NCBI RefSeq assembly: GCF_006345805.1
Contig: NC_043006.1
Span: forward strand, 101,680,001-101,744,000
DNA: 64,000 nucleotides
Direction of reading: 5' to 3'
Source of the DNA: Octopus sinensis
Taxonomy: Eukaryota
Part shown: in pieces, positions 53,216 through 64,000 of the stretch
Layout: every line of letters starts with the position of its first letter
Numbering within the stretch: position 1 is the stretch's first letter
Translations under genes and position numbers: made by a program
The notes under the pieces: model-generated
What the model was told of the DNA's origin: nothing
What the model saw: the letters and a program-made list of their open reading frames with translations, nothing else
The model's database searches: none

Positions 53216-54258
53216 AAAACTTTTTTTTTTTATTCTTTTTTATTTTTTTGTTTCATTAATCAGTGTGTTTGGTAGACTCAGTAGGAAATCAGCCATGTAT
53301 TCTTTATAGCATACAAAAGTTAAGCTTCTCATTGTTCCGAATTTAATTTAGGCTTTTCATCTCTATATAGTTAATAAAATATCTCTAATATAGTGCAATC
53401 AATTTAATTGATCCTTGTCTTTTGTCAAAAGATATCATTGTCAGCATTGCCATAATTGTTATTGTTATCATTATTGGTAATAATTTAGAAAATAAATCCC
53501 TATTATTATCTTTATCATAACCATCAATAGAAATAAATTAGAAAGCAATATCAGACTGAAGCAGGTTTTTAAAAAAAAATCTATCTGTATGTTATTGGCG
53601 AGTAAAAACTCACAACACACACCCACACACATATTTTATCTCACTAAGGAATTAAAAGATCACAGTAATTTCAAATTTATGTAATTTTTTTTTTTCTTTT
53701 TAAGACTTGAATCTAGAATCACTCTGTAATTTTAATTTAAATCTAAAGATTAGAGTACAAAGAAAGAAAGAACATCATTAAAGTATGCCTGAAAAGTGCA
53801 TTTTTTAATTGTTTATCATTTTGTTTTCTCATTAAATTGTAAAAATAATAGCTAAATTTTTTACCAAGTGTCATTATTTTTTGAATATAGCAATCAATAT
53901 ATTTAGGTATTTGTTTTTGTTTTCCTTTAGTCTCAAACAACAGCAACAACACCTCTATTATGTTTAAAAACTGTAGAAGTGTCTGGTTTCATTAAAAGTG
54001 TCTAGCAGGTAGCCTCACTTCCATTAAGTTGTTTGAGATGAACCTCTTGCAGATGGGAAGCGGGACTAACTGCATTGAAACATTGTGCATGTGAGCAGTG
54101 CGATGTCTGAGTGCAGCACCATGTTTTCAAATATTCCACACAGAGAAGAATCTGGAAATACACTATAAAATTCCTTGTGTGAAAAATTATGTAGTTACTG
54201 AATGGCCTAATACCGGTGTACAACACGGACTGTCAGTACTAAATATATCTATAAAGAG

Positions 54259-54486
54259 TTAACCCTTTTGATACTAACCCAGCTGAAACCGGCTCTGGCT
54301 CTGTGGTAAAATGTCTTGTTTTCATAAGTTTTGAATTAAAATCTTCCATCAAACCTTAGTCACAATTTATGCTCCTAACACTAGCTCAATGATGACTAAG
54401 TTATTTTACTAAATTCTTTGTTATATTTAAAATAATTGAAAGAAACACAGAGCATCTCAACAAAAATATGGTAACAAAAGGGTTAA
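54259..54486. mobile_element. MITE family 2, best-preserved copy
   Basis: ttaacccttttgatac ... gtaacaaaagggttaa: 16-bp inverted termini with one mismatch, TTAA at both ends. Confidence 0.9.
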
Positions 54487-54689
54487 AAAGGTTGAAATTT
54501 TAACTTTGAAAATGAGAATCCAAAGGTTAGAAATTAGATATGGCGGTTTGGGAAGGAATTGGTAATTCTGTAAGTGCAGCGTTGGTACTGCAAGTCATCA
54601 TCTTCAGCAGTGAGATCACATCTGATTTCCATGGATTGTTAGTTATTTCTTATTCAGATTTATTGCTCTGTTAATGTTAATGAAGTGTG

Positions 54690-55045
54690 GCTAAGGGACC
54701 CTACCTCGCATGTATGTCACACTTTAGTACGGCTTCTATGGCTGAATGCTTCACCTGACACCAGTTGGCATATGGAATGTGCCAGGTGCATTTTATCACA
54801 CCCGCACTAGAAAGGTTGTCATGTTCATAAGACAAAGACAGTATGGTTCTCCTGACTCTACAAAGTTTCTGCTCAGTCACCAGAGTGTATTGAGTACCAT
54901 TTATCATGGCAGCAGCTTTAGTTAGGTTGCGTTTGTCATCTCTTTTGAGTTGTAATAACCTGAGATCATTCTTCACCACTTTATTCCAAATCCTCCTTGA
55001 CCTCTCACCTCCACAAGTGCCATTCACTTTGAACACTTGAGACAG
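54690..55045 (-). mobile_element. RTE LINE 3' fragment
   Basis: ORF 54701-55036 begins FKVNGTCGGERSRRIWNKVVKNDLRLLQL, like the RTE GxRxRGRPRKTWxxxVKxDL motif. Confidence 0.7.
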
Positions 55046-55130
55046 TAAATAAAGGAACTGGTTTGATCTTGTCAGAGGTAGGACTCAGTGTGTGTCAGGA
55101 CTATATTACATTAATTATAGCAAACACATC

Positions 55131-55480
55131 AGGTGCAGGTGTGGGGTGTGGCTATTTTCTAAGGAGCTTGCTTCCCAACAACATGGTCCTGGGTTCAGTC
55201 CCATTGTGTAGGTCAAGCAAAGTCTTGTAAGTGGGTTTGGTAGATAGAAATGGAAGGAAGCCTGTCGGATATATATATATTTGTGTGTGTGTGTGAGTGT
55301 TGGTTTGTTTACATCTCTGTAACTTTGCGGTCAGTTTGGCAAAAGAGACTGATAGAGTAAGTACCAGACTTAAAAGAAAATATAAGTACTGGGGTCAATT
55401 CATTTGACTAAAAATTCCTCAGGGTTTTGCCCCAGCATGGCCTCAGTTTAATGATTGAAACAAACAAGAGATAGAAGATA
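55131..55480 (+). mobile_element. SINE A, full length, degenerate
   Basis: aggtgcaggtgtgg...gggttcagtccc...gcaaaagagactgatag...attgaaacaaacaagagatagaagata. Confidence 0.85.
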
Positions 55481-57023
55481 TATGTAGACATACTTAACAA
55501 TTTAAATTTAATCCTAGCTGTTTTAAAATGTGTGATTTTATCTATTTGTGATCTGATATGTATACAATATCTTGTATTGTTTATTCAACAATAGTATTAA
55601 GCTACAAACTTCTTTTTCCCCATTCATTACACTACCACTTAATTACAGCTGCCTTCTCTTTATTCATTACAATAGTTGTAAGTTACATAATTTCTCTTGG
55701 TAATATTTGGGGTGGTGGAGATGAATGTAGCACAATATTTTATGAACATACTGAGAATTAGAAAATAAATCACCACCACCTACCCAACCACTCCCTGAAA
55801 AAAATTAAATGGAAAACAACAGGTGATGTATTTTGAATATTGTGACATCTACATGCAGATTAACTGATTGAGAATGGTGCTGTAACAACATACATTAGAT
55901 ATTTTGAACTAAAATATGTTTATGTGTACAGTTATTTCGAAAGGATTAAATTATCAGAAATACAGTGGTAGTCACTATCAAAATCACATTATAATCTCAA
56001 AGAACTTGAAAAATTGTATGCAGTATCAAACTATGCCTGGAAAATAATTAAATTAAATAACAAAAATATGCCTTTTAGTCAAAGATTCAGGGATAAACAA
56101 AACGTGGCAGGGAGAAGGCAAGCAAATAAAACATTATTGTTGATAACCATGTTAGGAACTTCATAAGTGAAAGAAAAATGATTGCAAAGAATGTGACATA
56201 CTGCAATAACACGTGACATTCTATGTGGCATTAAATAATAATAATAATAACATTAGTAGCTCAATGAAGAAGAGGAGAAGTGGGAGGAAATTTTAAAAAT
56301 TTGCTAACCTCCTGGAAAGAAAGGTAGTAAAGTGGTTTGTTTAGTCAGCAGTGGGGATCAGGTTAGATATGATACTTGTCATTCTTTGAATGCAACCACG
56401 CTTTTGTCTTCTTCTCTCTTTCTCTGCCTGTTAGTATTTGTTATTGTTCATGCAACATTACTAAAAGTGTTTTTTTTTTGGGGTTTTTTTTTTTTCCATT
56501 CACCAATTCTTCAGTAACTGAAATATTGGCATCATTCCTGTCAGTTGTTTAACTTGTTTCTCTGGCTTTCTTAATGTCTTTCTTACACCTTGTGACCTGG
56601 CTTTAGAAAAGCTACGTGGTGTTGGTGGAGAGGAGAAATAATGGAAATAAATATGTATATATATATGTATATATATATGAGGACTACACACATAATATGT
56701 ATATGTGTACAACAAACTTATTTTACATACAGTGTTTGTGGCTAATATATTTTAATATAAGGAAGCATTTTTCAATGTCTTTTACAACTATGCATTTAAG
56801 TTGTGAGGATATATACAGTTGGGGAGAGAGAGAGCTATAAGCTTTTGTAGACAAGTAAAGGTTATTAAATTTGTGATAGATTCCATCTTTATAATGTGTG
56901 AATAGTTAATGTATGTTACTGTTTATATGTGTGCATATAAATATTTCTGTATCCGTGTGTGTTTGTGTGTATATATTTTGGTATGTGAAATATATATAGG
57001 GAATGTGTGTGTGTGTGTGTGAA

Positions 57024-57069
<46 letters not shown>

Positions 57070-58559
57070 TGATATAACCTGGCAGTATTGATTCTTTCAT
57101 TGATTTAGACTTATGTCAGGGTTAACATTTTCGTCTTTCCTAGAGTTGATAATGTAAGTACAGAGTAATATACTGAGAAATATAGTAAAGTTTATGAAGG
57201 ATAACTGGTGGGGGGAGACACAAAAAAAAAACCACTTTCACTTTATAAATAAATCAAGTGAACAAATCAACGCTTACAGGCTTTGATATCTCTTCTTAGA
57301 AATCACAATTTATTTACCATGAAGTTGCGTGATAAGTCAGCAGACAAGTAAATTTATGACTTGATTTCAATTCTCACTCAGTTTGGCACTGACCTATTTA
57401 TGTTACTAAAGTTCTGAGGAGAGGTGGAACTGAAAATTGTGGTATTTGAGGTATACTAGTTTCAGATTTTATATTTTAGGCTTTTGAAAATCATATTATG
57501 TCTAGAAACTTTCTATATCAATCATTTACAGTGATTTCATGAGCTAGTTCGCTTGAATGCATTATGTTTGTCTTTGCTTGACTGGTAGGACTTGAAGCCA
57601 ACATTGAAAAGCTAATAAAACACTCATTAATTATAGTGTTCCCACTTGCTTCATGGTAAGCTTTATCATACTCCAAAGTAATTCATTTACAATTAAGAAT
57701 AATAGGATCAGGAAGTTTAAGTTTCTTGGCCACAAGTATGTACAACATTTGAAGAATAGTATGATGGCATCGGCACTTTGGGCTAAACCATTTGTGATTA
57801 ATCTTATTACATTGGTAACTGTAATTATCCCTGGTTAAAAATTGTGATAGCACTAGTGCCCAGCCTCTAGTATCCATAATAGATGTATACGTATGTTGAT
57901 TCTAACTTGTGTTGATTACATTTTTACATTCTCATTTCTTCAAAATGGAATATAAATTTTACAGTGTATCATACTTTGCAGACAGACTTTAAATAGGTAT
58001 GAAGAATATGGAAAGTAAAGAAAGTATGATATAAGATGGGTGAGCTAATAATGAGGTAAAATTATTGTGAAGAACAGGTAGAGTATATTACAGGAGACAG
58101 AGTACTAAAGTAGTAAATATATGTATATAAGTGAAAAGACTAGGTGCTAGAATCTGAGATAAGTAATGTGCATGATGATTATGAAAATTATTTTTATGTA
58201 CTATAATTGAAATAGCAATGTTAGTAAAGGAAATAGCGAAATAAATTGAAGGCTATTGAAAAGTTTCTACTGTAATGCAACAGACAAAAAGAACAATATC
58301 CAGTGTACATATTTGGCAAGATGCCATGCAAGCTTTGATGTAAACCTGTGATGTTATCCAAATAGACGTTGATTATCTCTTGTGGAAATTACAATCGGTA
58401 CAGTTTGGCGCTACAGCTAAGGCATCACTGAGCAGTGGATGAAACTGATTCATCAATGTGTCTTCTATAATGACTATTTAACTGCTTCATTGTCTACTTT
58501 GTCACTTCATCAACAAATGCTGTGATGTTCTAGCGGACCACTTTTGGGATTATGTCATA

Positions 58560-58609
58560 TATGTGTGTGTGTGTGTGTGTGTGTATGTTTGTGTATATAT
58601 TTATCTATC

Positions 58610-58640
<31 letters not shown>

Positions 58641-58693
58641 CTGTTTATGTATGTTTGTGTATATATTTATTTATCTATCTATCTATCTGTTTA

Positions 58694-58743
<50 letters not shown>

Positions 58744-58745
58744 CC
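58560..58745. repeat. Compound (TG)n/(TCTA)n/(TA)n microsatellite
   Basis: Direct inspection. Confidence 0.9.
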
Positions 58746-59312
58746 TGTCTGTATGAAGCTTAAATAGTGATACTACTGCTATCACTATGACCGCCACTAT
58801 TTCTAGCAGTATCATTACATCATCTGAAAAATATGAAAATACCTGCCAGACTTGTTTATTGGCTATCATACCATACTGGAGCAATACATTTGGAAGTAAC
58901 TTTTCTCATGGATTGTTTTAATTTCTGTAAACTGCTTGACAAAGTTAATTAAGTCTAAGGGTAGAATTCTTGAACCTCAGGAAACTAGTGAAAAATGAAT
59001 CTGTGTGTGTGTGTGTGTGTGTGCAACAGTGGTAAAGCAAAGGGACTTTCTGCATCATACAGCAATTGCACTTATTGACTCCTATTACTTCTGTTGGATT
59101 TTTAACTTCTTCTAGATTAATTGGTTTACATTTTGTTAATCCTTTAATGAGTTAGCTTATTTCAAATTTCCATACTGCTTACTGTATGAGACTAGTTAAG
59201 ATGCTTTTCTGTGGCAAACAGGTCAGATTATCCATGTAACTGTAAAGTGTTTTTAAGATAAACACTGTGCTTCAAACATTGTAGAATATTGTAATTTGAG
59301 TATAAGGAGAGA

Positions 59313-61040
59313 ATTACGAACGAGGAGAATGAATGGGATCAGAAGGTGGAGGTTGCTGTGGAGAGGGTTAGTCTGGAAGAAGTAGTGGAGGCAATGAAGG
59401 AAATGAAAACAGGAAAGGTGGCTGGTCCATCAGAAGTAAGTGTGGAAATGGTAACTGCAAGTGGAGAGATAGGGATTGTGGAGATGATGGAGCACTGCCA
59501 GGGTGTGCTGGAAGGAAGAGGGACGCCAGATGATTGGGCACTAAGTGTGGTGGTACCGATCTTCAAGGGGAAAGGGGATGTGATGGGTTGTGGAGCGTAT
59601 AGGGGAGTGAAGTTATTGGAGCATGCAATGAAGATAGCGGCAAGGGTGTTGGAGAGGAGAATTCGGAAAGGGGTGGATGTGGATGAGATGCAATTTGGTT
59701 TTATGCAAGGAAGGGGACTAAAGATGCAGTGTTCGTTGTAAGTAGATTATAAGAATATCGAGATAAGGAGAAGGAGTTATACATGTATTTTGTTGATCTA
59801 GAGAAGGCATTTGATAGGGTTCCAAGGAAGGTGATTGAGTGGGCATTGAAGAAGAGAGTAAGTTCTTGAGATAATAGTGAGGGCAGTGATAAGTTTGAAT
59901 GAGGGGGTAAAGATGAGAGTTAGAATTGGATCAGAGCTGTCGGAGGAATTTGTGGGGAAAGTTAGTGTGCATCAGGGATCTGTGTTGTCACCGTTGTTTG
60001 CAATATTGGTTGATGTGATGACGGAGAGTGCAAGAGAGGGATTGATAATGGAGATACTATATGCAGAAGACCTTGTTCTGATGAGTGAGATGATGGAGGG
60101 ATTGAGGGAGAAGTTTTGGAAATAGAAAGAGGCATTTGAAAGCAGGGGTTTGAAGGTAAATCTCAGGAAGACAAAGGTGATAGTGAGCAGGATGGAAGGA
60201 GAAGTGTTAGCAAGTAAGGTGGATCCATGTGGTGTATGTGGGAGGTGGGTAATGGCAAATACAGCTTTGTGTACGAGATGTGAGAAATGGATTCATGGTA
60301 GGTGTATGAAAATGAAGAAGGTAACCCCAAAACTGGCAAGAGAGTTTGTGTAAGGAAGGTGTGAGAAAGGAGCTGGAGGGCTGGTAAAACTATTAGAAAT
60401 GCTATGTGACGAGGTGGAAATGGTGAAAGGGTTTTGTTATTTGGGAAATAGGACGGATGTAAGTGGTAGATGTGAAGCAGCTGTGACAGCAAGAGCAAGA
60501 CTTGGCTGGGTGAAGTTCAGGGAATGTGGAGTATTGTTAGGTAGGAAAAGGTGCTCATTGAAGATGAAAGGAAGGGTCTATAGGAGTTGCGTGAGAGCAG
60601 CAATGCTGTATGGGAGTTAGACATGGTGTTTAAGGGAAAGAGAGATGGCAATTTTGAGAAGGACCGAGAGTGCAATGGTGAGAGAAATGTGTGGAGTGAA
60701 GTTGTTTGATGAGATAAAGACTAAGGACTTCATAGGGATGCTGGGGCTGGAGGAATTGGTGGAACAGCTTGCAAGGGCAAATGGAATTGAGAAGGGATAA
60801 GGAGCATGTGCTGAGGAGAGTGCTTGAGTTTGAGGTAAATGGACTGAGAAAGTGAGGTAGACTGAGAAAATGTGTAGGGAACAGTTGTAAGAGAAGATTG
60901 GGGGGAGGGGCTTGAGAAGGGAGGATGCCCAAAACAGGGCAAGATGGTGTGAGAGCATTTGCTATGGCATTGAAGTAGATCCAGCCACCCCTGTTTATGG
61001 GGACAAAACACTGATTTAAAACATGGGATGACTGACTGAC
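59313..61040 (+). mobile_element. 5'-truncated, decayed RTE-clade LINE ORF2 (reverse transcriptase), with frameshifts and stops
   Basis: MKTGKVAGP, DW..SVVVPIFKGKGD, YRGVKLLEHAMK, QFGFMQGRG, FVDLEKAFDRVPR, VHQGSVLSPL, LYAEDL (the catalytic YADD is decayed), F.YLG, MLYGS; 3' end ccagccacccctgtttatgggg and a (GACT)n tail. Confidence 0.92.
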
Positions 61041-61599
61041 ATTATATGTAAAACATACAGAATACAATCTCACATGATAGCTGCTAGCACACTTTGTAGA
61101 GAAATTGCTGTAGTAAGTATATATGATGTCAATTTAAATGCTTTTTAACTGATAACTCATCACTGACATTGAACTGAGTTGAATATTGTAAAAACCATCT
61201 GCTGCAAATATTTTAATGGTTTGAGAAACATAAAAAAAAAAGAAAATGGGTGAGATAAATATATTTCTGATATACCACACTAAACTAGGAACTGATTGTA
61301 GATTGGTAATTTTAAATGGCAATGTTAAAATTTTCTTCTGAATATATCTCAGTGAAATTATATTCTCAGTTATTCTAAAATAATAATTCTTGTATTCACA
61401 CTATCAGTATAACTATCTATAAATAATAGATAACAGGCTGGTTTTGTCAGGAATATAGTAGAAAAATTCCATGAAAAACTTTGCTTCAGTTTTCAAAAAT
61501 CAACTCTTAATTCTTGAGGATTTGAATTGCTCCAGTTTATGAGTTTAATCATAAACCACTCTCTTGTGTCATTCTGGTAATTCCTTGTCATAATTTTCA

Positions 61600-61978
61600 C
61601 TGCCTGCAGAATTGTTAGCATGCCAAACAAAATGCTTAGCAGCATTTCATCCACCTTACATTCTGAGTTCAAATTCTACCTATGTTGACTTTGTCTTTCA
61701 TCTTTTTAGGGTCAATAAAAATAAAAACCAAGTAAGTGCAGGGATCATCATAATCAACTTGCCCTCTCTCACAAAATTTCAGGCCTTGTGCCTATAGCTG
61801 AACAAATTATTATTGTTGTTGTTGTTGTCATTAATGTAAGGTAGTGAGCTTGTAGAATCATAAGCATGCTGGGCAAAATGCTTTGTGGCATTTTGTCCAT
61901 CTTTATGTTCTGAATTCAAATTCCACCATAGTTGACTTGCCTGTTGTCCTTTAGGGGTCAATAAATTAAGTACCAGTG
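61600..61978 (+). mobile_element. Two tandem SINE B copies (~61600-61795 and ~61836-61978)
   Basis: gcagaattgttagcatgcc..caaaatgcttagcagcatttc...gagttcaaattc, and a second similar copy. Confidence 0.8.
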
Positions 61979-62400
61979 AAAGAAGACCTGGCAAGCCAAG
62001 TGAGATCGTAGCCATGACCTATGCCAGTGTCACATAACCATCCCATTTAAGAGTACCCTTCAATCAATGGGCAATATGCTGTGCTTGAGAAGACCTGTTG
62101 AATTAAGTGAAATCATTGTCATGGCTGGTGCCAGTACCACCTAACTGGCACCCATGCCAGTGGCATGTAAAAAGCACCATTCGAACGTGGTCGGTGCCAG
62201 TCCCACTGGACTGGCTCCTGTGCTAATGGCACGTAAACTCTTGCCCAGTACACTCTTGGAGTGGTTGGCATTAGGAAGGGTATCCAGCTGTAGAAACCAT
62301 GTCAGATCAGATTGAAGCCTGGTGCATATCCTGGCTTTGCCAGTCCTCAGTCAAACCGTCCATCCCATGCCAGTATGGGAAGCAGATGTTAAAGGATGAC
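61979..62400 (+). mobile_element. RTE LINE 3' UTR fragment
   Basis: gaagacctggcaagccaagtgag...ggttggcattaggaagggtatccagc...ttaaaggatgac. Confidence 0.75.
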
Positions 62401-62874
62401 GAAACACTAGTGTCGGTGTAATTGACTAGTCCCCTCCTCCAAAATTTCAAGCCTTCTACCTTTAGTAGAAAGGATTATTATCATTATTATTAGAATCATT
62501 GAAGCACTGGAAAAAATGCTTTATGGTATTTGTTGTGCTTTGAGTTTAAATCCCATTGAAACCAACTTTGCCCTTCATCCTTTTGGAGTCAGTTATTGGG
62601 GTTGATTGTACTGACTAACCATCATCTTCCAAATTTCTGGTCTTGTGCCTGTATTAGAATCAGTAATATTATTCCTTTTATGTTTCTTGTTTTACATCTC
62701 ATAGAGTCAGGTTCAAATAAATCCCTCAGTTGTACTCAAGGAAGATACTTGATTGACAGCACTCTCTATAATATGTGGGTTGTTTCCAACAGGGAATTCT
62801 TCTGGACTATGTACATATTGATGTTACGTGGGATTCAGTTTGTTAATTTTTCCGTTCGCTTTTCCATGAGTCCT

Positions 62875-63290
62875 CGTCATCATCATTATTTAACATCCGT
62901 TTTCTATGCTGGCATGGGTTGGACGGTTTGATTGAAAACTGGTAAGCTGGAGAGCTGCACCAGGTTTCGATCTGATTGGTATGATTTCTACAGTTGGATG
63001 CCCTTCTTAACACCAACCTCTCCAAGAGTTTAGTGGATGTTTTGTACATGCCACCAGTGTGGGTGCCACTTATGAAACACCAGCATTGGCCACAACAACA
63101 ATCTCACTTGGTTTGACATTTCTTCTCAAGCACGGTATATTACCAAAGGTTTCGGTCACTTGTCTCTGGCACTGTGAGGCCCAAGATTCGAAGGGTGCTT
63201 TTTTATGTGCCACTGGAATGAGTGCCAGTTGCACAACACTGGCATCAGCCATGACTGTGATATCACTTGGCTTGACAGGTCTTCTGATAT
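62875..63290 (-). mobile_element. RTE LINE 3' fragment, inverted relative to 61979-62400
   Basis: tcatcatcatt..tttaacatccgttttctatgctggcatgggttggacgg...ggatgcccttc. Confidence 0.8.
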
Positions 63291-63294
63291 TATT

Positions 63295-63490
63295 TGATAT
63301 TCCCATATTCCTCGTCCCATTGATTTTGATCTACAGGTGTTTGTACTTGGTCAGATTCTCTGTGTCTTTCACAGAAATATTTCTTTGAGATTCCATTGCC
63401 AGTGTCACATGTAGGTGCTGCTTGTTGTTCTTGTCCTCGATAACAATGCCAAGCATTTTGGCTTTTATCTTTTTCATCTCTGTAAATGAG
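63295..63490 (-). mobile_element. Decayed restriction-like endonuclease (RLE) domain of an R4/Dong/NeSL-type non-LTR retrotransposon
   Basis: KIKAKMLGIVIEDKNNKQHLHVTLAMESQRNISVKDTENLTKYKHL*IKI parallels the KANRPDIV.KD..K.C.LID..IP.D.NI..KE.EK..KY..L.IEI pattern; the catalytic PD and D are lost. Confidence 0.6.
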
Positions 63491-64000
63491 CATGTCCCTG
63501 AGAAGGGTGACATCACCATTGTTGTTATGGCTATTATCACAGCAATGACCTTTTAGTATTTAGTTCCCTAAAACTAATTTTTTTCTTCCTTTAAGCCTTC
63601 AGGGTAGATCAAGTAAATTATCAGTCATGTACAGGAGTCAATCCAGTCAACTTTAGCACTTCTCTACAAATATATGATATTTGTACTAAAGTTAAAAATA
63701 TGAATTGCTGTGTGCACCACAACTTCCTCCTTTGTGGTCTGTTTGTTTATTTATTTGTTTTACAAGTTGCTTACACAAGAGAATTTATTGACATATCTCA
63801 ACACAGAGGTTGTGTTCATTGAAACATTGAAATACTTATTTCAAAGTATATTTGATCTTAATTTTAATCAAGTATGTGTCTTCCCTTGAGATCTAGAAAT
63901 GTCTATTTGTCACTTTACATCTTGTGCTTAAAACATTCGGGAAATGTTGAACCAAAGGAAAGAAAATTGTGTTGATATTTCTTTAGTGCTTTCTTTTTAT

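Noticed and set aside
53990-54240. Possible Tc1/mariner catalytic-domain remnant (HGA...RFIS...LPAR on the minus strand)
   Set aside because: Only scattered residues match, the catalytic Asp is absent and I found no TIR; not supportable without a search.
60163-61073. Minus-strand ORFs of 93-147 aa
   Set aside because: They are antisense to the purine-rich RTE ORF2, and the stop-poor frames are a compositional by-product.

Overview
AT-rich (roughly 30-35% GC by eye), repeat-dense eukaryotic non-coding DNA. The tRNA-type SINEs, TTAA-flanked MITEs, RTE LINEs and long microsatellites resemble octopus (coleoid cephalopod) genomic DNA; this is pattern recognition, not a database result. I find no intact protein-coding gene, RNA gene or CRISPR array. 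Most listed ORFs are microsatellite translations, antisense frames or decayed transposon frames. The dominant feature is a 6.47 kb near-perfect tandem array at 45901-52370: 82 copies of a 79-bp unit plus 8 nt. The unit joins 5' flanking DNA to the head of a SINE whose body follows the last copy, and the same 8-mer (TACATTTG) bounds both ends. Its only recurrent substitution is C/T at its single CpG. The rest is a layered fossil record: two TTAA (piggyBac-type) MITE families, hAT-type MITEs, three tRNA-type SINE families, RTE, CR1-like and RLE-type LINE fragments, and a mariner remnant. There are several nested insertions, including a triple nest at 10948-11629; 4 of 5 copies of one MITE family carry a retroelement. 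Family labels (MITE1/2, SINE A/B/C) are my working names, and boundaries of degenerate copies are approximate.
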